A stretch of 64,000 nt of DNA, taken from the NCBI RefSeq assembly GCF_036321535.1, contig NC_087436.1, positions 59,336,001 to 59,400,000 of the forward strand. Direction: 5' to 3'. The DNA comes from Camelus dromedarius. Lineage: Eukaryota. The notes below the pieces were generated by a model, which was not told where the DNA came from, searched no databases, and saw nothing but the letters and a program-made list of their open reading frames with translations. The first letter of the stretch is position 1. Each line of letters starts with the position of its first letter. Positions 25,726-39,048 of this stretch are shown piece after piece. Both the position numbers and the translations under genes were made by a program.

Positions 25726-28700
25726 ACATCTACATACAGTTTTACATTCATCACCTAAATAAATTTAATAGTGTAGAATGATAATTGCAATGATCTATAC
25801 ATCAAAGGAAATGCCTTTTTCTTTCTTTTTATCATAACTGAGCATGGGTTTTTACCTTTCAGCAGTTCAAAATTGTAAGCTCAATTAAATGTAAAACCAC
25901 TATTCTCGTCTTAAAAGAAAGAAGATATTTAGCATTTTCCTTGCAAATCATAGGATTATAACATACATTACATTTTTCTTTTGTACCTTTTCCACCTTTG
26001 AACAATCTATTTTATTAGCTTGTCTTCTATTAGTGGTATACTGATAATTTCATCATGCCATTTAAGGGTTTTCCTTGGTGTTCTCTTTCTGACTGAAACT
26101 TCTTTTCTGAAGAATGGAGCTTCCTCAATTCCCAATATACATGTGTATTTAACTGTGAACTTATAGACGTAATATATTTGTCTTTGTTCCCTAAGAATAC
26201 AGAGCTAGATATGCATTCCTTTACTCGTGTAAGGTTTATAGGAACCCTACCAGACATGTCTTTGAAAGGTGTATTTCAAAAATACTAATAGGAAAAATTC
26301 TGTTAGTTACCACTACTCTTGAGGGTTCTTCCTTTATTGCTTTTAAGCATAGCAACGAAAGAAGAAAACAAGTAAAGCAGAAGTTACATCTAAAATAGGA
26401 TGATAACTGATGCAAAGATACTGTGTGGGAAAACGGAGATAGAAAAGAAAGGGGAATGACAACAAATAAACTGAAAAACCAAGAGGAAAAGGAAATAAAT
26501 CAGAAGGTACAATAAAAACACTACTTTGAAAAGTTTGTTCTTATGAAGCTAGCTCAGTATCTTAAAATCATTCATTTTGACTTTGAGATTAATATTATAA
26601 ATAAATACGTTGCTCTCCTGCCTTTCTTAATTTGTTTTACATCACTTGCTGATTAAATCAGTTTGGAATTTAAAAATTACTCTTTAGCTCTAAAAAGGAA
26701 AAAATAACTTGTATGAAAATTAGGGGAGGTAAATTAAAGCAAATGAGAGGGAGAAATACTTTGGAAAACTGATAGTATACAAATTGATAAATTGAATCAA
26801 AAGTGGTAACTATTTCTTGGATATTTTTATATTTTCAAGGATTGTTTGAAGTACAATGTGTAAAATCCTATGGAAATATTTAATCTTTTAATCACAGGTA
26901 TCAAAAATTATTTTCCTTTACTTTTAGGATAATTCTTCAACTAGTTAGTAAACAACAAAAGCATATGCTTTTATGTTTATGCCCTCCCTTTTAAATATGT
27001 AACTTCAATTCTATTTGTGTTATAAAGGAAAATGCTGTCTGGTTCTGAATAGTAAGGTGGTATTATTATCATGTGTAGTCATTTGAGTTAGATTGACATT
27101 CAACTATCTGGAGAATGACAGCTAAATTAGGTAACTACCATTGAATAGACTACTTATAAATATTTGATGCTCTTTTCTTTCATAAACTGGGAAACAACAG
27201 GCCAATGTTGTGAAATATAAAAACAAAGTATTTAATTATTTTAGCCAAGTCATTTTTGACCTGTTTAATGTATTTTGAAATTTGATATTCACAATTTTTA
27301 TATTTATGGTTTATTAAATCTTAGAATTAGTTTATTACATTTTAGAATATTCTTTTGAAAAAGATAACAAGATGTGTCTATTAAAAATATATGGCTTTGT
27401 AATTTGGAACTCTTAAAGTAGTTACTATAATCACAAAATGGAAAACCTAATAACCATTGTAAAATCAGTTCTTTTATTCTGAATTGTAAGGATAACATTA
27501 TATGGGTCAAATCTTTGCAAAAAATTTATCCAAATATTATAGACCTCAGTGTACACAAATTTAGAATTGGTCTTTACCAGAATATGATACAGCTTCACTC
27601 ACTAAAATTGATTATAACTTTTAAAACATAAATCACTAGGAAATTAAGTCAATATCATTTGAATAGATAATGTTCCTTTTAAGCATTTGATAATAAAAAT
27701 GTACTATAAGCATTGAAAAAACTTTTCAAGACTCTTTCTTCTTCAAGTTAGTTAATCTTACTGCGAGAGCATCTCTCTGAAAGTGAAAAATACTACGACT
27801 ATATTTTTCCAGTTTTACTGTAATCAATTATTAGCAACATATAAAGGCATATTTGAGTGAGTCTGTTAATGAAAAGGCACACTACATTTCATGAGATGGA
27901 GATGTGAATCCTCTCATTGTAAATTTATAGCCTTTCCAATTACCTCATCATCTAAGCAACTCCTCCCTATTGCTGGATTCTACTTTGGGGTATGACCAAA
28001 TAAAATTGTTAAACTGGCTATATCTTCAAAATAGTTACAATGACAGTCATAAAACAAGAAAGTCCTTAATATTGAATACAAAAAACATAAATAAAAGTTT
28101 AGTTAATTGTAACCCCAAGAAAGTACTAGTCACTGGTTCTGACATAGTCAAAAACATAAATACTAGAATCAGGAACCAAATGTAAGATACCTACATAGGT
28201 ACTGATTTTAGGAAACAGGGTAGGAATGAAGACATTTAATATGAATATTCTGATGTTCCTGTGTAGAATAAAACATTTACTCTTTCAACTCTTTTCCAGC
28301 TTTAATAAGCACCACAATTACAAATATGTAAGGAATCTCTACTGATAGGTAATTCAGAGATTCGAAGACTTGTACTTGACCAAAGGGAAATGTGATAATC
28401 AGTATTCCAAGTTCCTGTCTTATAAGCTTACTATTTCAAAGTCCACATGCTTAGTAAGGTAATACCCATTTTATGGTTTTATCCATGGAGGCATAGGAAA
28501 CATTTCAATTTTAGATACTTAGGCTTAGGGAAAGCATCAATCATTTTATTTTATTTTATTTTGGTTTTTGTCAGATTAGCTCTCATTTAACCAGAAATAA
28601 TGATCTGAAATCTCAAATATCTGGTATTATTTTTATATTATACATTTTGATTTTATAAAAGTGAGAAATAAGTTTAGTCCAAATTGAAGACTGTACTTCC

Positions 28701-28937
28701 ATAATCTTTATATTCCCACTCATGATTACAGGGCATGAATAATGAATTTGCATTCCCAAAAGTTTCTAGTAACAATATCTTCTCTATCTCTATAACAATA
28801 GATATTTCTTTATCTTCAAGGCAATATAACTTATAAGCACAACAGTGATTTTTTTACTTTAAAAAGAAGCAAATTAAAAAAAAATTCACATCTCATTGGA
28901 GTTCTTGCTATAGTTGTCAATTTTTATCAATTAATAC

Positions 28938-29606
28938 TATAACTGAGCAGGACCCTATGGGCCTTTTCCAGGACAGAACCCTCCCCCTATGTCCTCTGCC
29001 TGCCTCTTGTCTGTAGAAAAGCTGTAGTCTGCCAGGCCTCTCCTGAGTCACAAAAGCCTGACTCAAGAATTAATGATTGAAAAGGTGTGAACATGTAGTG
29101 ACAAAAACAGCAGTTGGATCAGGAGAACTGGTGAGAATTTAAACAGTAAGTCAGCCATATGGCAGTCACAGAATCTTTAATTCCTCCCTGAAGGACACAG
29201 ATAACAGTGCCTGATGCACATTCCTAAGTTGTTTTACAGATGCTAAGCCCCCCACCAAATGGAAGAAGTTAACTACATGATGACCATGAACATGTACCGC
29301 CTAGACCTCCTGGAGCCTGAGGATTGACACTGTTAACCCCTATGACACCACCCTGCTACCTCACCATCAGCCAATCAGAGAATTGTGCAGGAGGTGATCA
29401 CACACCCTGTGACTACCTCCTTCATCTTGCCTTTAAAAATGCTTCCCTGAAAGCTATCAGGGAGTTCAGGTCTTTTGAAAATTAGCTGCCCCAAACTCCT
29501 TGTCTGATACCTTACAATAAAGTCTGTACTTTTCATCACAACCTGGTGTGAATATATTTGCTTTACTGTGTACAGGGTGAATAAACCCAAGTTTAGTTTG
29601 GTAACA
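28938..29606 (+). mobile_element. ERV1-class solo LTR, about 669 bp
   Basis: T(A)TAACTGAGCAGGACCC...GGTAACA termini, CCAAT box (~29371), TTTAAAA TATA-like motif, AATAAA (~29516). 4-bp TSD ATAC/GTAC with one transition. Confidence 0.88.
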
Positions 29607-30953
29607 GTACTGCATTGATACCTACATAAGAAATCATGCTTTCAGTATATTTTAGAAAGTTAGATGATAAAGAAATAAATAAAAAGAAATAATAGCAAGG
29701 GATAATCAACTGAGACCAGCTGGTGATTATTCACCTTTAGAGAAATATTTAATATATTTAAATCCCATTCTCTATTCACCTTAGCGGTTCTTTCTTCATA
29801 CAACTTCGTAAGAATCCAAACCTTCAACACTCTTTCATGAAAAAGAAAAGTGCATTTTTTTTCTTTGGGTGCTTTATAATGGTACAAAGTGCTGCAGGTT
29901 TTTTGTTTTTTTTTTCTTTGTAATCGATTCATATATCCTTCTCAGTGAATGTCATCAAATCATACATTTCTTTTGCCAATAGTGAAGAAAAATATTATGC
30001 AAACAGGACTGTACCTTTGAATCATCTTTAACACCATATTAAGATGAATCTATCTGGCATTTATTGCTAGGCACAACAATTAGAATCATGTGGTGTATTG
30101 CTATAGCAGTCTATAATGGAGGTAAACAACCATGATTTTCTGATGGATGCTAGCGTTGGAAAAGAGAAAAGATATGGATGGAAATGGGCAATGACAACAG
30201 CTCATTCTCAAAGTCTGATGGCACTTTGGAGATTCTACATATTAAATTTACATCTCTCATTGACAAAAAGTTCATGCTAAATCAGATAAGCTGTTACAGA
30301 AATCTGAGCTGAAAAGCAAATATCTGACTCTCTGCAAGGTGCATATATTTATAATACAGCTGAGCAAGGTTGTAAAATCCAGGATTTTTATCTAAAAATT
30401 TACAGATTATTTTCAAATTTTCTAAATATGATAACCTAGAAATAAACTAAGGTGGCTAAAAAGTCAAGTTTGCTTTAAATTCGCTAGAAGGAGGATTTCT
30501 TTTAATGGATTTTTCCTTTTCAAGGAAAGAGGTCTCATTAGCTGTGACTAAATCAGAGCTGTATATGATACACGAGATCTTTGAACAAATCTATAGAAGA
30601 AGTTAGGGTTTAAGAAAGCTTACTGATTCAGTTAACATGGAAAGTACAAGTACAGTTGCTAAATGACAATGAACTTAAGAGCCACTTCTATCCTTGCCCC
30701 AGACTTTGAGCCATTCTTGAAGCCTTGACACACTTGGCCACATTGCAGTGCAGTTTTCTTAAATGGGCTGGATAATGACAAACAGATAAGGAAGAGGCCA
30801 AGGGAACCGTCTACTACAAACACATTATAGGTAATATACAACACTGGGAATTGCATATTGACCTGAGGGCATTTGGTCCCAATTAGCATGCCATGCTACA
30901 GCACAGAAAACATAGTCATGTTTACAACACAGAGCTGAATTTAAAAGACTCAC

Positions 30954-30999
30954 ATAATTGCCTGCGAGAAGGTACAGGAGCACTTCCATAAGCTGTGCC
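30954..30999 (-). other. Candidate 46-nt internal exon of an unidentified minus-strand gene
   Basis: Minus strand reads tgtgttttgtttacag|GGCACAGCTTATGGAAGTGCTCCTGTACCTTCTCGCAGGCAATTAT|gtgagt. Branch-like TACTGAT upstream, all three frames open, lies in repeat-free sequence, tandem GCATG about 60 nt downstream. Confidence 0.5.
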
Positions 31000-31789
31000 C
31001 TGTAAACAAAACACATTTTTTTTTTTTTTCGGAGCAACTGATCATCAGTAACAGTAGAAAATGGTGGAGAAATGAATAAAGAAAAGAAATACAAAATCAA
31101 GATGGCTTAAGAGGCTTTTATTAAATAAGGAAATAAGGCTTTTAGAGTCATTGCATTTGGCACACATATATTAAAATCATACTGGTAGGAAATTAAGAAA
31201 AAAATATGTAGTACACTAAAATAAGAAAGTAAAATAAAAATTACAGTGAAAGATGGGATCATTAAATTTGACAGGGAGTTTCGTGAAAAGTAGAACATAC
31301 ATGATATTTATTAAGTGTCCTCCTTAAAAAGTAGGTTCCCTTGCACCAATTCCTTGGCTGATGCGAACATTTTTCAGTCTTAAACTAAGCAGTGTACTAG
31401 TATTTGCTCCATTCTTTTCCTACCTCAAACACTATATATAAAAAATGACCTCAATAAAATGGCTCTAATCTGTACATCAATAAAAGTTAATCACTGAAAA
31501 ACGGCTTAGTCAAATGGAGAGAAAAAGTTACTACATAAAAATATTAATTGTGTATGATAGACATCAAAGTTACAACAACCTTGCTACATCCTTCCAGTTG
31601 ACAAGTCTGTACAAACACATATTGCAATTCAAATTGTATAGTTTCATGCCTGGCAATGATTTCTGTCACAAAACCATTATAATATACTCAAAGAGAACTT
31701 TTCAAATATTAGGTAAATATAGGTCTCTGTGAAAATCAATAGTTCATTATAAATATAATAACTTACAAATGACAAGAATATTTGAAAAT

Positions 31790-31960
31790 GATTAATATTT
31801 ATTGAACACTTATTCTGAAGCCCCTATTTTTAGCATTTGAAAAGCATTATCTCATTTAGTTCCTACAACAGTCCCTGAAATAGTTAAATTTTTTTTACCT
31901 TTATTATTATTCCTATGTCTTCTGATGAGGAAACTTTCAGAATTAAGTAACTTAGATTTA
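31790..31960 (-). mobile_element. Degenerate MIR
   Basis: TATTGAACACTTA...CATTATCTCATTTAGTTCCTACAACAGTCCCTG...GATGAGGAAACT...AAGTAACTT. Confidence 0.7.
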
Positions 31961-32484
31961 GTTTAGAATCAGTTAAGAAATTATCCAGGTATTTAAGGCT
32001 AGTTAAGTATTTAAAATGGAGGACCTACAAAATAATCCTTGTTGTGGCATGTAATGAATTTTTCTTCTAATGAGAATAGCAAATGCTAGTATTATGGCCT
32101 TGGTTCCTTTAAAGGTACATCAAAGAGGGGGCTATCTGTCTACATGCTTGCATTGAGGGATGACAAATAAGGCATGCAGGTCCAATACTTCAATTTACTT
32201 CATCTAAGGATATGTTTGTATCTCTGAATTTACCTATTTTCTTACGGTCTGTTGGGATTTTCCTGGGGTAGGTTTAAATAAATTTTGCCCTGGATGGAGA
32301 TTTGTGAGTAAATTTGATCAAAGGACTGCAATCTTCACTTAGCAGAAAGCACAGTACTCCAGAAACTTGCTCTAGAGCTCAATCATAATTACTTACAGCA
32401 AAAATTCATCATTTGTGAGAAATTTATTGTGCTTTTGTCCTTTATCTTTTAGAGTTTTTAATGAGTTGTCAAGTTCATATGTAC

Positions 32485-32980
32485 CTTTCATTATAGTATC
32501 ATACAGACTAGTCTCATTGTCCTAAAAATCCTCTATTCTCTGTTTAATCATCCTTCCCTCCCCCAACCCTTAGCAACCACTGATCTTTTCACTGTCTCAT
32601 AGTTTTACTTTTTCCAGAGTGTCACATGGTTGGAATCACACAGAATTTAGTCTTTTCAAATTTGCTTCTTTCACTTAGTAATATGTACTTAATTTTCCTC
32701 CATGTCTTTTCATAGCTTGATTGCTCATTTCTTTTTAGCACTGAATAATACTCCATTGTCTGGATGTACCAAGGTTCACCTACTGAAGAGTACCTTGGTT
32801 GCATCTACGTTTTGGAAATTATAAATAAAGGTAGTATAAACATCCATGTGCAGGTTTTAATGTGACATAAGTTTTCAACTCAGGTAAATACCAAGGAGGT
32901 CAATGCTGGATTGCACAATACAATTATGTTTTATGTAGTTCTTTAAGAAACTGCCAAAATGCCTTCCAAAGTGGCTGTAT
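32485..32980 (-). mobile_element. L1MC-type 3' fragment
   Basis: ATAGTATCATACAG...CCTAAAAATCCTCT...GCAACCACTGATCTTTTCACTGTC...AAGAAACTGCCAAAATGCCTTCCAAAGTGGCTGTA. The minus ORF includes WYIQTMEYYSVLKRNE, an ORF2 C-terminus motif. Confidence 0.88.
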
Positions 32981-34072
32981 CTCAATAGAATCTTTTACAA
33001 TTAAAAATTCTATCATATATCAGCATAAAGACCAAATATGGACAAATTTATTATTTTTAACAAAATACCAAACCCAATATAGTACATTTCCAAAGTCTTT
33101 ATTTATTAGATCTAGGCTAATATTAGGCTTTATAAAGAAATATAGGTGTATCAGTTAAGAACAAAGGAGAAAAAAATTACAAATTTAAAATTTTATTTTT
33201 CAAGTAATACTTGGGTTGGGGTAACAAATAATCAGATTATTATCATAGGAAAACTAAGCATTATTAGAAAAAGTGCCTGTACATAGGAAAACTGCTTAGA
33301 ATAAACAACTGAGAACTAGTTAAAAGAAAATACTTAGGGAGTCATAATGACTAAGCCTCCATTATCCAGTTTACCCACATCATTTTCTTTCTAACCCATT
33401 TCCTTTCTAAAAGTTGATTAAAAATTCCATCTATAATTTGAAAATATGAATTGAAGCAACACTTACAGATAATTAAATGTAATAATACAGCCAAATCAAA
33501 GTAATGAGTTTATTCATCCAACACTTGGTAAATAAAAAAACCAGTGTTCAATTTAATTGCAGGAGCTTAGAAAATCTCGCAGAGAACTACTTCATCTCTA
33601 ACTTATTTTTCACAGACAGTATAGTTCATGGATATCACTATTTTTTTTTTTTTACAGTGGTTTACAGCACCGTGTATGCTTATTTCGTATTAGAAAAGCC
33701 AGATGATCTGAGCACATATTATCCCTGTATGATAATAATGTGTTTCTCATTCCCACAAACAAGAGAGAGAGAGAGAAATAGTAAAATGAATTTCCATCAT
33801 TACAAAGCAAAATGTAGGGCAGTGACAGGCCTAGAACTGAGTCCTTTGGCTCCCAGAAGTCAGGAGCTTACTTACCCCTAGCTAAGCTCTGATTAAGGTG
33901 AGTATGAGGACGAAGGCTTATACTTAGAGGCTGTTCTGTGAATCATGTGTATATGATTTTCATTATAAACCATCTTAGTTGTAAGTCAAGACTTGAAATA
34001 AGCACAAGATTTGGAACAAGGAAAAAAGCTGAAAACCCGAAATCCATAAAAGGCAATAAATGACTTAAAAAT

Positions 34073-34106
34073 CACACACACACACACACACATACACACA
34101 CACACA
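34073..34106. repeat. (CA)n microsatellite, one interruption
   Basis: Direct reading. Confidence 0.95.
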
Positions 34107-34361
34107 GTGATGAAGCCCCTTAATATCTTCTTATTTTCTGGAAGCATTTAACAAATACAGATTGTAGGTGTAGTCCAGAGATCAAAGGAATACATAATTT
34201 GATTAGGGTGAGATCCAACACCATTTCTACCTGAGAAAAATGTTAAAAATAGTATCTCAACTATGATTCAATAAGAATACAGAACTTACTAGCTCCAGGC
34301 ACACACACCAAACAGCAAAACAGTGCTAGAGATGGAATTGAAATTTGAATATAAGAAAATT

Positions 34362-34665
34362 CTTAAATAACCCTTTATCCAAAAGCCTTGGGCCAAGTGT
34401 TTTTCAGTATTCAGAATTATTCAGAATATGCAAAATAATATCCCTAGCTAAGTCTAAGGCTGGCATAATCAAAGACATTAATATTTCTGTAGTAAAAATA
34501 TGATAACCTCACTGTGACTTTAAAAAAATTATAAACAGCTTCTTGTCAATTTAGATCAGGCCAGATTTGATTACCAAATAAGTCATAGAAAGACTAGATT
34601 TTCAGGGGCTTTTGCTTTTTTTTTTTTTAATTTCAGAACTGCAGATAAGAAATTTAAAGAGCTAT
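34362..34665. mobile_element. MER46C-like TcMar-Tigger non-autonomous DNA transposon
   Basis: CCCTTTATCCAAAAGCCTTGGGCC...ATTCAGAATT...ATTAATATTTCTGTAG...TTTCAGAACTGCAGATAAG matches the recalled MER46C layout with inverted ends. Confidence 0.75.
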
Positions 34666-35506
34666 AAAATTATTTTAAACATAATTAGAATCCAAGGGGG
34701 CATGACATTTTTAGAAAATTATCATTTTAACTGCCTTATCTTAGGTTCTCATACAGTTAAAGTTCCCTTGATAATGAAATCACTTAAGAAACAATTGTTT
34801 AAGAAAATAGACTTAAGACTTGCATATACAGAAGAATGCTCAACTTCTAGAACGATCATGAACAAAAGGAAAATTTGACCTTGGTCCCATAACAGTACAT
34901 ACATGTGGAGAACAGTAGGATTTAGGTAATATAGCCATTTAAGATGTCATGAAATAATGTGATTTTAAATTAAGACAAGATATTTATGATAAATACATCA
35001 ATATTTTTATATTCCTTCATGCTTTTTGGTAGTTTCTATTTTATCTTTTAAGAGTCATGTTTCAACTTTATATATACCACTCAGAACTATCTTTCATGAC
35101 TAATTAACAGACATGAGTTAATAAGTCAGGAAGTATGTAGATTGTAAAATGCTTGGAGATTCTCTGAAATCAGAAACTACTCAGATATGTGAATTTTAGT
35201 TACCTAAATTAAGCAAGAAACAACTTTACTAGTTTTGTGCTTCCTTAGACATTTATTTTAACCTTTCATTAAATCACCCAAGTTGAACATATTAAAATAC
35301 TATCTCTTTTAAAATCCCTCTTGTATCATAGACCCATCCAAGGCATGCCCTTGATCCAAGGGCACACACAACCTTGGATGACCTACTGAGTTATTTGTTC
35401 ATTAATCAACCGAGGCAGTATACAGAACTTGCAAGGCACAAGTGCCTTTAAATAGACTGCACTTTTTGTACCTAGCATGTTACCTTTATGTGACAAAAAT
35501 AGTGAC

Positions 35507-36151
35507 TGTTAGAGCAGGCAGATAGCTAGATATGAGCAGAGAAAGGGGGACACAGGCCAAATGGCAGGAACTGGGCAAAAAAGGAGAGGGGCACGGGGCC
35601 AAATGCAGGAAACCACACATCATGCAAACAACAGGGTTCCCTGGGCAGACAAAGAAAAGCAGAAAACTCTGGACTGATAAGAAATCACACATTTTGGGGG
35701 TGACAACTGCCCTCAAGGCCTACAAAAAAAAGGTGGGAAAAGGCAGGAATCTCTAGTGCCTGAATGTAACCTTTTACTCACTATGCCCTCATTTCAATAA
35801 AATTAGACTTGCAGATGAGAAGTAACCATCATGGACCGACGCCATGACACTTCTAGTCCAGACTAAATAAGGACATAAATCCTTCCTTCCTTTGGGAAGG
35901 TGGAGCTGGGATGAAAATCAGGGAATATGACCCCAAACCCTTCCCTCCACAATGAATATTCCGCCCATTTATTTTTGTACCCTATGTAACCAACTTGCCA
36001 AAGAAACTCAGGGCAGCCACTCATCTGAGCCTGCCCGCTCTCCCCTTGAGAGTGTTGTATCCATCCCTTAATAAATCCCCACTTTCTTAACCTCTGCATC
36101 CTGTCTCTGAATTCTTCCTGCGAGGAGACAAGAACCTAATCACCAGCAACA
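35507..36151 (+). mobile_element. ERV solo LTR, 645 bp (family copy 1)
   Basis: TGTTAGAGCAGGCAGATAGCTAGATAT...CACCAGCAACA, AATAAA at ~36070, collinear with 47843-48488. Possible decayed 5-bp TSD GTGAC/GTAAT. Confidence 0.9.
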
Positions 36152-37437
36152 GTAATCGTAAGACTGAATACCTACTGGTAGCATTTTATACCTTATTTCA
36201 AGAATAATTCTTTTGCCATGTTTTAAATTTGAAGGTAGTGCAGTAGAGCTGAGACAATATAGTAAGTAGAAATTGGTGTTAGATCTCTTAACTACCATAA
36301 AGGGAAAAAAGAAATAATTTTTTAAATAAATAAAAGGAAAAAATAATAGAGACTTGTGAGATACCTTTCCTTTATGTTCTCAACAACCTGGTAGAAACTC
36401 GGAGATAATAACCTATAAGGTAATGATGAATCACATCCTTATAGCTTCCAAATAATGCTGGTAGAGCTAAGGCATTTACAGTTTTATTAAGAAAATAATC
36501 ACAATAAAACTGCACTGAGAAAATTAAACTGGAATAAAATTAAACTGGAATGCCCCTTTTTTTTTTTAATCTATCTCTAACATTGTCTCTTTACCATAGT
36601 TATACACAGTATAATAAATTTAACATATATATTTTAACAAATATTTGCAGTTTAAATTTTGTTATCGTTAATTTTAAACACTACTAGTTTTATGAGACAT
36701 TTAATTGAAGTATGTGAAAAATATGTTTTCTTACATGTGCTTAGCTTTAAATTCTTTTTCTAAATTGATTCTCCTGAGAGTTACTCTTCTGCAGTTTTCA
36801 ATAACACATCTCCTGCTAGTACTTCAGTAAGAAACACAGTAGGTGGGTATGAACTCTAACTACACACTGAGACGATGAAATGCAGTCACCCACAAGGAAA
36901 ACACAAATTCCTCTGCATGCTTTATATCATTTTAACTTATAATAGTAATCACAACTTACTGTATTTCCTGGGGATTTCCCAAGGCACAGCCAAAGGCAAT
37001 CAGTTCCTCCCAGCTAGTCATAAATGTCCTGTGTTTCTTTCATTGCTTAAATATTGCCCTAAGCCCTTTTCTTTTATTATATGCCTTTGAATTGGAGTGA
37101 ACCATTTCCCAAAAGACACATCAAGAAGAAGGTTGACATTTGCAAAAATAAGAAGCAGCATGTACTGTGTGTTAATATGAGGGCCTGAAAGATTTGACAT
37201 GCGTTCCTCTAATTATTTTAGATCCTCTTTCTGGCAGTGTGTTCCTTTATTATCAATACAAATTAAAATCTTTTCAATGTCAGTACTCTACACACTACAG
37301 AAGTAGGGAAATAAGTTAATATTGAGAACACTCCATTAAAGATTTGTTTTTGTCGAGGTAGAGTTAAATGTTCTCTTTAAACTTATTGTTTTCTCATTTA
37401 ACACAGGTGTACCAATTACGATAAACTATAAGTTTTT

Positions 37438-37687
37438 AATTCTTATTTTATTGAAGTGTAGTCGATTTACAATGGTAGTTTCAGGTGTACAGCAAAGCAA
37501 TTCAGTTATACATATACATATATATATATATTTGCTTCAGATTCTTTACCATTGCAGCTCATTACAAGAAATGAAATATAGCTCCCTGTGCTATACAGTA
37601 GGTCCTTGTTGTTTATCAATTTAATATATAATAATGTGTATCTGTTATTCCTAAATTCCTAATCTATCTCTCCCCTTCCTTTCCCCT
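37438..37687 (-). mobile_element. 5'-truncated artiodactyl-type L1 3'UTR with TSD
   Basis: TTGAAGTGTAGTCGATTTACAAT...CCCTGTGCTATACAGTAGGTCC. TSD ATAAACTATAAGTTTTT (37421-37437) / ATAAACTATATGCTTTT (37688-37704). Confidence 0.92.
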
Positions 37688-39048
37688 ATAAACTATATGC
37701 TTTTAACAGGAAAAAAAAAAACACAACAGATTAAAGGATCAAAAAAAACTAATGAAAAACAGATTCATTTAAGAGATTAATCACCTAAGAGATTAATTTA
37801 ATCATTCTAAAACATACACCTGACAAATACAAACACTCATCAAAAACCTTCAGTGCTTATCCAATGATGGCAGAATTCAAAAAAAACCTTTGCTTAACTC
37901 TCAGGTTTGCTACGAGCTTATGTTCACCTCCTCCTTTATAACTACTTATCCTTTTCCCAAATAACATTCAGACTGGTTGTTAAATAAAATAGAAAGTTGA
38001 TTGTGGGCTGCACAGAGGAAGGAGATAAATCTGTAGTTTGTCTTGAATGTCTAAATGCAAACTATACCTAAGTAAGTTTGTAAATTGACAGTATAGTAAC
38101 ATTCCAAGTACGAGCATGCAAAATATTCAGAGACATAAGAGAAATGTGGACCTGAAAGTAAAATGATCCATAAGTAGTATGGAAGATATTGTATCATAGC
38201 ACAATTTTACAGCCAAAGAATATAGCCTTCCTTAGGCTACAACATGTAATAAAATACATTAAATCAATGCCTTCTGATTGGGCAAAATCAAGACCAGTTA
38301 TCAGCTCCTGGAGAAAGTCTATAAACCAAGAATCGTGTTTCTTGAAAAGCAATTTGAATATTGATCTTTTTCCTATGAATTTACTCATTTCTCCCAAATT
38401 TTCCAGTGTTTTCAAGACTTTCGAAAACACTCAACTTGGTTTGCTCATCCTTTTCACTTGCCTATTTTATTGGTTCACCTAATTTTTAACTAGTTCACTT
38501 AATAACAATAATATTTAAAATAACAATTACAACTAAAATAAACAGGTTTAGGGGCAAACAACTCATGGTCAGAAGTAAGCTGACCAAGAGGAGAGATACC
38601 CATCAGCATCAGCATCACAGTTTTCCAGAGGGAATGTGACATTTGAACTAATTCAGTGAGCAGGTAAGTGGTGTTCTCCTATGACTGGAATGATCACCCA
38701 AATGTTGAATTATGTCCAATAATCATTTTAAGGCAGAAAGTCTGATGGGAGCACATGCTAGCAGAACAATTCATTTTCTGCTACTTACATGATAATCTTC
38801 AATTATCTGCAAAATTCTAATTCATAGTACCTCACATCCTTGTGTTAGTAAATTAATGACAATCTTGTATATATCAATATACAGAAGTTAATAATTATCT
38901 ACTAAAGCATAGTTTATTCAATAGTTGAATTTTCCATTCAATTGTTTCTATACTCAATAATATATTCAACAGATAATGGTTTACTTTTAGTGAAAAAGTT
39001 CTGAACTAATCACAATTCCAAAAGAGTTATTTCAAAGACCAATAACAG

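Noticed and set aside
350..38482. Numerous 60-125 aa ORFs in the track as cellular genes
   Set aside because: Low-complexity F/L/I/K-rich translations typical of AT-rich non-coding DNA. Many have alternative starts or lie within repeats, and none shows a recognisable domain.
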